Shown piece by piece: positions 55,022 through 64,000 of a DNA stretch of 64,000 nucleotides. Numbering within the stretch: position 1 is the first letter of the stretch; each line of letters starts with the position of its first letter. The stretch spans positions 128,001 to 192,000 of the forward strand of contig CAVPXM010000055.1 of assembly GCA_963709405.1 (NCBI GenBank). Direction: 5' to 3'. The stretch comes from an uncultured Nitrososphaerales archaeon (lineage in GTDB: Archaea; Thermoproteota; Nitrososphaeria; Nitrososphaerales; Nitrososphaeraceae). Made by a program: the position numbers and the translations under genes. Below the pieces are notes generated by a model. The model was not told the origin of the DNA. It saw nothing but the letters and a program-made list of their open reading frames with translations, and searched no databases.

Positions 55022-55552
55022 TTATCCATCCCCTTGAAGCCTCAGATAATATCCAATATCTAGCAATGTGTAAACTGTGATTGACCCCTCGTTGAATATT
55101 TGTGCTGCAGGAACCCTAGCCCTGCCCACGGCGACAGTTTCCCTCTTATCGTTTAGGATCACTAGAAACTGACTTGCTAGAATGTCTGGGCTCGCATCGG
55201 TAATCGATTGTCCGAACAGATCTCTTCCGTATAGGACCAATCTCTCTCCGATCTCATTAACAACCACGAAAGGAAGCTTTCTACCGACTCTATAAAAGAT
55301 GTCTGCTCCTTGCAAGGATGGAATAAATTGCTTCCCTAGATGACCAATCATTAGACCTACATAAGTGGGAGAAACCGAAAGCGCTACTGCCCCAGCGCTG
55401 TCTGACGCTAAATAGACCTTCCTTTCTTTAGTCTTCAAGTGTTCCTTTATCAATATAGATTTGTCTTTGAAGAAGTCAAAGCATCCCAATTTATCATAGG
55501 TCCTCTTAAGAATTGTTAATTCTCTTCGAGTGGGCTTTCTGTACACATTCAT
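55022..55552 (-). CDS. Nip7-like/PUA ribosome-biogenesis protein
   Basis: LYGRD, DIGYYLR; translationally coupled to the m5C methyltransferase. Confidence 0.75.
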   Translation of the reverse strand: MNVYRKPTRRELTILKRTYDKLGCFDFFKDKSILIKEHLKTKERKVYLASDSAGAVALSVSPTYVGLMIGHLGKQFIPSLQGADIFYRVGRKLPFVVVNEIGERLVLYGRDLFGQSITDASPDILASQFLVILNDKRETVAVGRARVPAAQIFNEGSITVYTLLDIGYYLRLQGDG

Positions 55553-56541
55553 TCACTTTTTTTGATACGAATCTTTGCTATGTAGAAGCCAGATGTATTA
55601 TGTAAATGAGGATAAAACCGACGCGTATTAACTAAACTTTCATCCATTGTTAAATCGCCGTACTTGACCAATCCAGGTTCGCCATATTTTTGTGGTTCAA
55701 GACTAATATTGCTCCGTAGGCTTAACAATTTGTTGATCACTAGTTCGTTTTCTTCCGGAGCAAAGGTACAAGTTGAATAAACTATGAGGCCTCCCCTCTT
55801 GACAAGCTCAACTGCGCGGAGTAGCAGTTCGATTTGTCTTTGCATGCACTCCTCTATCTTTTGAGGCTCCAAACTGGTCTTTATAGTAGGATCCTTTGCA
55901 ATTATACCTTCACAACTGCACGGCGCGTCGAGAAGAACCCTATCGAACTTAAGCCCCAGTCTTTGTGCATAATGAGCATCTAACCCGTAAATACATGCAT
56001 TTATTATTCCACATCGCGACAAATTGAATTTCAAAGATTTGATCCTTCTTGGATTTGGCTCCAAAGCTACAATACAACCAGAATTTTTCATTTTTTGTGA
56101 AATGTAGGTTGTTTTGCCTCCTGGTGCGGAGGCCATATCTAAATTTAATTGATAAGGCAGGACGTCCAATTCATCTACTGCAATACAAGAGGTCAAATCT
56201 TGAATATAATAATAGCCCAGAAGATATTCTGTCGTTGCCCCTATAGGATAACGAGATCTCTTCACAAGTAGGACTTCATTCAAAATTGTATCTTCGTACC
56301 CTACACCTTTATCTATTAGCCTCTGTATAAGATCATTTTTAGTTATTTTTAATGTATTGATCCTAATATACTTTGGTAAACCTCTCTCCATAGATATCAA
56401 ACAGGCCCTTAGATTTGGAATAAACTGCAAAAACCTGCATACCATCCATTCACTATAGCCAAATTCTTGTGAAAGCTCTTTTGAAACGGACGATTCAGGA
56501 AAAACTTTAACATCCAATTTATCGTCGAGTATATCAATCAT
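55549..56541 (-). CDS. RsmB/NOP2 RNA m5C methyltransferase
   Basis: ASAPGGKT, DAPCS, YSTCT, ENE; start approximate. Confidence 0.92.
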   Translation of the reverse strand: MIDILDDKLDVKVFPESSVSKELSQEFGYSEWMVCRFLQFIPNLRACLISMERGLPKYIRINTLKITKNDLIQRLIDKGVGYEDTILNEVLLVKRSRYPIGATTEYLLGYYYIQDLTSCIAVDELDVLPYQLNLDMASAPGGKTTYISQKMKNSGCIVALEPNPRRIKSLKFNLSRCGIINACIYGLDAHYAQRLGLKFDRVLLDAPCSCEGIIAKDPTIKTSLEPQKIEECMQRQIELLLRAVELVKRGGLIVYSTCTFAPEENELVINKLLSLRSNISLEPQKYGEPGLVKYGDLTMDESLVNTRRFYPHLHNTSGFYIAKIRIKKSE

Positions 56542-56681
56542 TTGATATTTTATTGTATGTAAATCCCAATATTCTGAATCTATACAACACTTAAATTCGT
56601 ACATTCATTCAAACTAATTAATAATTCTCTACAAATTATTCAGGTTGGATACTACTGCAAGGTTTAAACTTATGGGATAAG

Positions 56682-56967
56682 GGTGTGCTAGCAATAACCC
56701 TCCTTTTGTTTTAAGCGAGATTTCGCTGAGCGGCCAACCTGAGGTATTGCAGGAATAATCGCCCTCTATTTGGCCTTGCTCCACCCGGGTCGGCAGTTTC
56801 ATTCTAGCGCACACCCTTCAGATTACTCACCATCATTAGGATACAGGAGTGTCTAGATTTCTTTTCTATTCCGTAGCCAGCTGTCTCCAGCTAAATATCA
56901 CTATATCGAGTGCCTGCGATGAGGGAGGAGTTTCCTCTCTTTCGAGTAACTCGCCCACTAGCTCACC
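56682..56967 (-). ncRNA. rnpB: Archaeal RNase P RNA
   Basis: Minus strand has GAGGAAACTCC near the 5' end, TGAAAC and GAGCAAG internally, AACAAAAGGAGGGTTA near the 3' end; the termini pair as P1 (GGTGAGCTAG / CTAGCACACC). Confidence 0.9.
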
Positions 56968-57005
56968 AAATCATCTGTTTTCATACAAAGGTAATTTTAA
57001 TATTC

Positions 57006-57503
57006 TTATTGGAAGTAGTCTCTTTCAATCTGCATAATTTTTTCTTGATCCATAGCACAAGAATATTCTTCTAATGGCTCGGCATTAAGTTCAAGGAACG
57101 TATGACCCCATTTGAACTTGTTCATGAGACTGATCGATAATCTTCTGTTTCCAAGTATATATACACATCCAGCCAGCGCCTCGGCTGTAGTTAATTTTCC
57201 TACTTTAGAATAATTCGTTGGATTACCAGCGAGCAGACATGGAAGTCGTCGATTATTCAAATATGTAAAAATGGTTTGACTTTCTATTATATTACGAATG
57301 TTTTCCCACGAGCAGTCCACAGCGCAAATGGATCTTGAGGAGAATCTATCACCTGCTGATAGTAATATCTTTGAAAAAGGGTTAAGGACAAGGCTTTGTT
57401 TACTGATTGTTCGGACTCTTTTCGCAAGCCCGAATTTCACTAATTTTAATGCAGTGCACTTTATTGGATCATCTTGTTTAAGCAGAACTACCTCTAGCTT
57501 CAC
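57006..57503 (-). CDS. tsr3: 16S rRNA aminocarboxypropyltransferase Tsr3
   Basis: QDDPIKCT, DCSW, RLP.LLAGNPTNY, EALA, FKWG. Confidence 0.9.
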   Translation of the reverse strand: MKLEVVLLKQDDPIKCTALKLVKFGLAKRVRTISKQSLVLNPFSKILLSAGDRFSSRSICAVDCSWENIRNIIESQTIFTYLNNRRLPCLLAGNPTNYSKVGKLTTAEALAGCVYILGNRRLSISLMNKFKWGHTFLELNAEPLEEYSCAMDQEKIMQIERDYFQ

Positions 57504-57658
57504 AATCTATTATCGTTACATCGAGTCTGATATAAGGTTAACAATATTGATGCCGTTCAGCTCCATGAATTTCCCAAAAAATAAGAGGGATGACAAAATC
57601 TACAGATCCTATTTAAGTTACATATCGTTAGCGTGGATATACCAAATTGGTGTATCGA

Positions 57659-58318
57659 TTATCCAAAACGATTCTTTATAATTTCCTGTATCGTTGCTTT
57701 ATCGATTGGAAGATCCTTACCGATTGACGAATTCATATCACCTATTTGATTGGGTTGTAATTCTGGAGTATTATTTGAGGTTGATTGTGGAGTAGTATTT
57801 GAGGTTGATTGTGGAGTAGTATTTGAGGTTGATTGTGGGGTAGTATTTGAGGTTGATTGAGAACCCGGCATATCACCTATTTGATTGGGTTGTGATTGTG
57901 GAGTAGTATTTGAGGTTGATTGTGGGGTAGTATTTGAGGTTGATTGTGGGGTAGTATTTGAGGTTGATTGTGGGGTAGTATTTGAGGTTGATTGTGGGGT
58001 AGTATTTGAGGTTGATTGTGGGGTAGTATTTGAGGTTGATTGTGGGGTAGTATTTGAGGTTGATTGAGAACCCGGAAATGAATCATTGTAACAACTGTCT
58101 AGCTCAGTCTGGGTAAGATCGCCATCCTTTGCCGCTTTAGATTGACAACTGGACAATTGCTTTAGGTCTTTCTTGGATACACCAGCGCCTGAATTGGAAT
58201 CACCTGTCTGCGTTTTATCCTGTGCAAATGCGTACCGACCTAATGCTGGGCTTGTTACCACCAATATTAAGAGGCCAATTCCTATTGAGAGGAGACTGGC
58301 CTTTCTAGCCGTATTCAT
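57659..58318 (-). CDS. Secreted Ser/Thr-rich repeat protein
   Basis: Signal peptide ending AFA; 11 QSTSN(T/N)TP units. Confidence 0.75.
   Translation of the reverse strand: MNTARKASLLSIGIGLLILVVTSPALGRYAFAQDKTQTGDSNSGAGVSKKDLKQLSSCQSKAAKDGDLTQTELDSCYNDSFPGSQSTSNTTPQSTSNTTPQSTSNTTPQSTSNTTPQSTSNTTPQSTSNTTPQSTSNTTPQSQPNQIGDMPGSQSTSNTTPQSTSNTTPQSTSNTTPQSTSNNTPELQPNQIGDMNSSIGKDLPIDKATIQEIIKNRFG
57734..58073. repeat. 24-bp coding tandem repeat (7+4 units) in two blocks, each followed by QPNQIGDM
   Basis: GAGGTTGATTGTGG(G/A)GTAGTATTT repeated head-to-tail. Confidence 0.95.
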
Positions 58319-58544
58319 AACAGTGACTCGACCATATAGATAATATGGACTCTGTTAAACAATTTCATAAGTATGAACTTGCTGAATATAGGTCCAATTT
58401 CTTCTTGTGAATGTATTAGTAATATTCTCACCTGACTCAAACGAGAATGTGAGTGTATAAAAAGAAAAAAGACAACTAACTTGATCGAATATCAATCAAC
58501 CATCTTCTGGAATATGCGCTTATTTTGAAACGTTGAGATCTGTT

Positions 58545-59222
58545 CTAATCAGTTCCCACAATACCAGATCTAAAACTAGCAAGTGACATAAGAGGGGCTA
58601 TCATTCTAAAATATGAATCAATATCAGTCTCGATAACTTTCCCTTCGTCTATATTGATGACATAAATCATATGTAGCCTCGCGTTTAGAATTTCATCCAT
58701 GTCCAGTTGAGGGGATTTGTAATACTTGTCACATAATGCTTTGACCTGCTTTACATCCCCCACTCCTCTCACTCTTGGAGGCATGGAAAAGATAACCGGA
58801 ATCGGTAAAAGGTTTACCCCCGGAGTTGCCAAAATAAATTCGCTTGCATGTTTACTGTATCGAGAAATTTTGCTGGCAATTCTAGAGATATAGTAAGAAA
58901 CAGGATCTAACGCATGTTCGGGAGGCATGAATCCAGTTTCAATTTCTATTATGACCTGACCATCACCCTTGGTTGCGAAGACATCGCACACAAGCGAGTC
59001 AGTCAATTGCTTCTCAACATCGACAAAGTATCCATATTGAATAAGATGCTTTGCACAGATTAATTCCATAACAGAATGATTGATCTTTACAATATTTCTC
59101 TTATACAATCCAATTAATCTATCCTTAACGAAATTTAGTCTTTGGATATCATCCTCTTGACAACCGGACATTAATCGTTCCGATAGGTTCGTTACGTCTG
59201 CAGTAAACCGCTCAACATCCAA
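58545..59222 (-). CDS. Hypothetical protein with PD-(D/E)xK-like motif
   Basis: VEK....CDV......IIEIETG. Confidence 0.65.
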   Translation of the reverse strand: MDVERFTADVTNLSERLMSGCQEDDIQRLNFVKDRLIGLYKRNIVKINHSVMELICAKHLIQYGYFVDVEKQLTDSLVCDVFATKGDGQVIIEIETGFMPPEHALDPVSYYISRIASKISRYSKHASEFILATPGVNLLPIPVIFSMPPRVRGVGDVKQVKALCDKYYKSPQLDMDEILNARLHMIYVINIDEGKVIETDIDSYFRMIAPLMSLASFRSGIVGTD

Positions 59223-59309
59223 TATGTTTGTAATTACTCAGCGTGACTTTAAGTGTACCCCTTCAAAAAAAGAGTAAAATTAAGGTGTGGTCAAACAGTA
59301 TTTGATTAA

Positions 59310-60459
59310 ATGTCTAGCATTAAGAAAATAACAATCATTGGGTCTGGCACCATGGGTCACGGCATTGCTCAAGTCTCTGCCATGGCAGGCTACAATATAT
59401 CACTGCGAGACGTCGACCAAAAATTCTTGGATTCAGCTATCGGAAAAATAAGATGGTCTCTTGAAAAACTTATCGAGAAACAAAAAATAACCAGATTAGA
59501 CATGCAAAAGATACTCGATCGCGTTCAATTAACGACAGACCTAAAAGAAGCGCTACGAGATTCAGATCTCATAATAGAAGCTGTGCCTGAAGATTTGGTT
59601 GTAAAGAAAAAAGTGTACGATGAGATGGATCAACTTGTGGAAGACAAGACACTTTACGCATCAAACACAAGCACATTGCCGATTACAGAAATCGCATCAC
59701 TCACCACAAGACCTGAGAGATTCATAGGACTGCACTTCTTTAACCCCCCACAATTGATGAAATTAGTCGAGGTGATTCCTGGAAAGGAGACTAAAGCAGA
59801 CATTGTTGATAGAGCTATGAACTTCATAAACTCGTTGGGAAAGCGAGCCCATTCTATGCCGCAAGGACGTTCCGGGATTCATAGTAAATCGGATCTTTAT
59901 ACCGTTAGTTCATGAAGCGGCATACTGCTTGGAGAGAGACAAGACAGACATAGAAGCTATAGATTCAGCAGTCAAAAACAAGATGAAATTTCCCATGGGA
60001 ATTTTTGAGCTTGCAGACTATACGGGTCTAGATGTAATACATAAGGCAACTATGGAGATGTATTCCAGAGACAAGCTTGTTATAAACCCTCATCCAATGA
60101 TAAAGGAATTATTTGAGCAGGGAAAGTACGGTCAAAAGTCCGGACAAGGATTCTACGAATACAAAAATGAAAAATATGAGCGCGTTAATATTTCCCCTAA
60201 CGAGATTCGTCAATATGATCCTATAAGGTTAGTAGCCTTTGCGACCAATAATGCAAGTTGGTTGATTTCCAATGGAGCCTGTGACAGAATACATCTTGAG
60301 GAGGCATTAAAGCTTGGCATGGGGCTGAAAGCTGAACTATTCGAAACTGTCAAAAGCTATGGCGTTGAATCTATAGTCGATACCCTGAAACAGATGGCCC
60401 AAAATTATGGTCCTGTATATGAACCAAATAAGTATTTAATGGACAATCTCAAAGACTAA
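59310..60459 (+). CDS. 3-hydroxyacyl-CoA dehydrogenase (frameshift near 59845)
   Basis: GSGTMGHGIA, EAVPE, SNTS, HFFNP, PMGIFELADYTGLD. Confidence 0.9.
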
Positions 60460-60731
60460 AATACCGATCATAATAGGTTTATATTCTAGATTGGATGGGA
60501 GCAAAGGCCGTATCTTATGCCGATTGTTGTCTCAATCAAATGTATTCTCTGCAGTTAGTAGTGTTACTATGAGCCTAAATCTACAATTTGGGACATGATT
60601 GTTAAAATGTATTTTTAGTACTACTCATCTATTCGGTATCTGATATAAATAACAAACTATTTTTGAAATTAGTTCATTCATACAATGATTAAATAAAATA
60701 ATATATGGGTAGGTTAAGCCTCAATCACAGA

Positions 60732-61990
60732 ATGGCTCATTATCGAATTAAGAATCAATCTCTTGCCCAACTAGGAAAAAGGAAAATTGACTGGGCAGAA
60801 GAGCATATGCCTGTATTAGCTTCACTTGGCGATAAATACCGCCTGGAAAAACCCCTTGAAGGCATACGTATTTGTGGTTGTTTACACGTGACGAAAGAGA
60901 CTGGAGTATTGATAAGAACTTTGAGATCCTCCGGTGCAGAATTGTCATGGTGTGGCTGTAATCCGTTGAGGTACCTCAGGATGACGTTGCCGCCTCAATT
61001 GCAATTGACGAAGGAATTTCAATTTATGCTAGTAAAGGGGTCACCACAGATCAATACTATGAAGATATACACAGCACAATGGAAATTAAGCCTAATATCA
61101 CAATAGACGATGGAGCCGATTTGACGGTTGAGGTCCACAGATTTATTGACGATTTTAAGCCTGGATTGTATGGAGGGACGGAAGAGACAACTACCGGTGT
61201 TGTTAGATTGAGAGCTCTCCAAAAATTGGGCAAGCTAATGTATCCTATATTCGCAGTAAATGATGCAGAGACAAAACAAGACTTTGACAATTTTTATGGA
61301 ACAGGACAATCTGCTCTCGATGGCATTATCCGCGCTACAAATATACTATTGTCAGGAAAGAATGTTGTTGTTGCAGGTTATGGACACGTAGGGAAAGGTA
61401 TTGCGAAGAAGGCAGCAGGCCTCGGAGCAAATGTCACCATTACAGAAATCGATCCCATCTCTGCATTAAAAGCTAAGTTAGATGGATTTACTGTTTCGAC
61501 CATGAAGCGTGCATCCTTATTTGGAGATGTTTTTATTACAACTACCGGTTGCAAAGATGTTATTGGCAGTGAAGCTATTAAGGAACTAAAGGACGGAGCA
61601 ATCTTGGCAAATGCCGGCCATTTCAATGTTGAAATATCAGTTCCAGAATTAGAGCGACAATCGGTAAACAAAAGCCAGGTTAACGATAATATAGTACGGT
61701 ACAACTTGAATCATAAAAAGGTATATCTAATAGGAGAAGGCCGGTTGGTGAATTTAGTGGCAGCTGATGGTCATCCCTCCGAGGTTATGGACATGAGTTT
61801 TGCCAATCAATTCTTATCAGTGCTAAAGTTAGCGGAGTCCAAGGGTTCGCTTCAGCCTCTGGTTTACAGTATTTCCAGAGAGCAAGACCAAGAAATCGCT
61901 TTGGCCAAGCTAAAATCCATGAATGTAGAAATTGATACTCTGACTGCGGACCAAAAAACATACATTGGCGGATTTAGTCAAGGAACTTGA
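60732..61990 (+). CDS. ahcY: Adenosylhomocysteinase (copy 2; frameshift near 60970)
   Basis: HVTKET, DDGAD, EETTTG, FDNFYGTGQS, GHPSEVMD. Confidence 0.9.
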
Positions 61991-62129
61991 AACTTCGAAA
62001 GCATAAGTGGTTTCTCTGGAAAATTCAAAACCAGAAGTTAACAAACATCAATCTACATTAAATATGCATGGTTATAATGCTTAGATATTTATTTCGTATC
62101 GAGTTTGCATTATTTTCGGTCCTATTACC

Positions 62130-62204
62130 GGATGGGTGGTCCAGCTTGGTTAAGATACCTGTCTCACACACAGGTGATCGAGAGTTCAAATCTCTCCCCA
62201 TCCA
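62130..62204 (+). tRNA. tRNA-Val(CAC)
   Basis: GGATGGG/CCCATCC acceptor stem, CCTGT-CTCACAC-ACAGG anticodon arm, GTTCAAATC T-loop, T-rich tail. Confidence 0.93.
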
Positions 62205-62223
62205 TCTCTTTTTTTCTATCAAA

Positions 62224-63984
62224 TCATGACAGGAGCAACATAACCACATATATAACGCCTGTTATTAATACAAAAAATTTGGTGAGTTGCATAGATTTAT
62301 TCAGTGCCGTCGCATACTCGTCAAATTGTCTTTTCCCCATCACTTTAACGCATGTTCTTGTCGATAACAACTCAAACGTGGAAGAGCTAACATTTTCAAT
62401 GGATTTTTTTGACAGAGAATAAAAGACTTCTGATACGACTTGGGCATCTGTAATACTGCCAAATGCAAAGTACCCCTGTCTAGTCCGCTTGCCTGAGGTA
62501 GAGTGGGTATCAGAGGTACAGATCTCTAGCATTTCAATCCCCTTCTTAGACATATAAGAAACTACGTGTCCTCTCAGGGCATTATCCATATTATTTGAAT
62601 CTGCCCAGCCGATCACATAATAGCGAGCATTAACATTAAGAACGACAGTCGCTAAGCCGGATCCTCCAAGATCATGCTTCAAGGAATCCTCTTTGTAGGA
62701 GATATCGCCGAGATTTGCAAAACCGATTCCAAAAGGATACTCTTGGGATTGATTTAGCTCTTTCAAACATTGTCTTCCTGCGATTAATAGGGATTCGCCA
62801 TTCGCTTTACTCAACGGTGGACCCATAGCGTTGTGGCAGTCTATAACAAGAGTATTCTTGAACCCAAGCGAACGTGAATACTCTTCCAATGATTTCAGCA
62901 TCTCTTCCGAGAGGTCATCCATCCCTTCTGGGGCGCTAGAAAGGAGTATTACTGCTGTATTTCCAAATTTGAGTCCGGTCGCAGTAAAGCCAAAAATACG
63001 TACTTGGCAGGGTAACGAACACATATTATGCTCGTAGCTGAGGTCATGTTTATCGAGTGACCTGACATACTTATCTAGCTCAGATTTGGAAGGAATATTC
63101 AGAGAGTGGTCGGATAGGCTATGGAGAACGATTGCCCTTCTTGAAAATGCTGTAAACAACACCTGAGGAAGGTTGCTTCCCCCGACAGGGTTAAACGGAC
63201 CAGGATGAATATCTGGAAGAATTACATTGACAGCACCACCTCTGTCATCCTTGAACCTTGCGATCAATGTCTTAACTGTTTTTGGTTCAGATCTCGATTC
63301 AGTAAACATTTCCATCCTCCCCGCATCATTATCAGTCCATGCGACTAGAAATGCTTGCAACAAATCAAAGGTGCTTGCAACACTCGGTCGTCCGGCCCTG
63401 TCTGCTAATAGCGTCCACAAGATGCTAATTCCGACAAACGTCATACCAAACAATGGAGAAAGATCTAATTGGTATTTGACAGTGTAACTGGAGAATGGAA
63501 CAATAATTACAACAGCAGCCAATATTATTGGCTGAATTATTCCGACAAAGATTGATCTGGGAAGTCGAGCCCCGAATACAGACCTAAATATCGCAACTCT
63601 CAAACCGATTGCAAGAAACATTCCTTCGATCACATACGAAAGTTGAGAGTCTGTTCTTGCTGACAAGATATGCAAAGCCAAACCCAACATTACTGTGCCG
63701 GACCAGAATAGACTTGAAAAAGCAGATACATGAAAAACTTTCGACAATTTATTAAGAGGAGTCTTGCGTAGAGCCCAAAAATCCAGAAGCGTTAACCCGC
63801 ACATAGCAGGCAGCCCAACCACAAGGGTAGGCAATAAATCGTCAGGTTGTTTGAAAATCCAAACTTTAACTGTGAATATTAAAACCGCGGTACTAATAAT
63901 TGAGATCAGTAATGATGTTCTAGTAGAAGATGGATTAAGACGCGTGAAAGACCATCGCTTATGTATACTAGAAACACTTTCCAT
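62224..63984 (-). CDS. DUF2070-family membrane protein
   Basis: N-terminal TM helices; HPGPF..GGS, DCHN, DSNN, TSDTH. Confidence 0.85.
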   Translation of the reverse strand: MESVSSIHKRWSFTRLNPSSTRTSLLISIISTAVLIFTVKVWIFKQPDDLLPTLVVGLPAMCGLTLLDFWALRKTPLNKLSKVFHVSAFSSLFWSGTVMLGLALHILSARTDSQLSYVIEGMFLAIGLRVAIFRSVFGARLPRSIFVGIIQPIILAAVVIIVPFSSYTVKYQLDLSPLFGMTFVGISILWTLLADRAGRPSVASTFDLLQAFLVAWTDNDAGRMEMFTESRSEPKTVKTLIARFKDDRGGAVNVILPDIHPGPFNPVGGSNLPQVLFTAFSRRAIVLHSLSDHSLNIPSKSELDKYVRSLDKHDLSYEHNMCSLPCQVRIFGFTATGLKFGNTAVILLSSAPEGMDDLSEEMLKSLEEYSRSLGFKNTLVIDCHNAMGPPLSKANGESLLIAGRQCLKELNQSQEYPFGIGFANLGDISYKEDSLKHDLGGSGLATVVLNVNARYYVIGWADSNNMDNALRGHVVSYMSKKGIEMLEICTSDTHSTSGKRTRQGYFAFGSITDAQVVSEVFYSLSKKSIENVSSSTFELLSTRTCVKVMGKRQFDEYATALNKSMQLTKFFVLITGVIYVVMLLLS

Positions 63985-64000
63985 GACCCGATAATGATAT

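Noticed and set aside
56629-57037. Small ORFs 56629-56814 and 56849-57037
   Set aside because: They overlap the RNase P RNA gene.
57770-58070. 24-bp repeats as a second CRISPR array
   Set aside because: The units are head-to-tail with no spacers and are in frame within a coding sequence.
57877-58086. ORFs PQILPHNQ-repeat and VDCGVVFE-repeat
   Set aside because: Alternative-frame and antisense translations of the same tandem repeat.
8994-61990. About 12 frameshifted genes (sucD, ilvD, aRF1, metG, CM-aminotransferase, aroB', gltA, PUA, 53929 gene, HBD, ahcY2) read as pseudogenes or programmed frameshifts
   Set aside because: They are mostly single-base insertions in essential genes with otherwise intact motifs and no shared slippery site, which is typical of unpolished long-read error.
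62130-62204. tRNA as an integration site for an island
   Set aside because: No integrase or duplicated tRNA 3' end was seen, and the flanks are core genes.
62058-62422. ORFs 62058-62249 and 62105-62422
   Set aside because: They overlap tRNA-Val and the antisense strand of the DUF2070 gene.

Overview
This is a 64-kb, mostly core-genome region of an archaeon, most likely an ammonia-oxidising Nitrososphaerota (Nitrososphaeraceae-like). The assignment rests on 3HP/4HB-cycle genes (mcmA1/mcmA2/mce/meaB, 3-hydroxyacyl-CoA dehydrogenase), F420 synthesis (cofC/D/E), the archaeal shikimate cluster (aroA'/aroB'), aRF1, proteasome beta, Rpo12, RNase P RNA and tRNA-Val(CAC). The standout accessory element is at 22263-23584: a decayed IS5-family element followed by an orphan CRISPR mini-array (30-bp repeat, 4 full plus 1 truncated repeat, 4 spacers). 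The array is closed by an inverted copy of the IS left end, and the whole unit is flanked by TTA. It looks like a composite transposon carrying CRISPR cargo that landed on the stop codon of mce. No cas genes are present in the window. About a dozen genes, many essential, carry single-base frameshifts that are probably long-read assembly errors. Several small ORFs missing from the ORF track were found by reading the sequence. All calls come from motif recognition by eye; no database searches were run.
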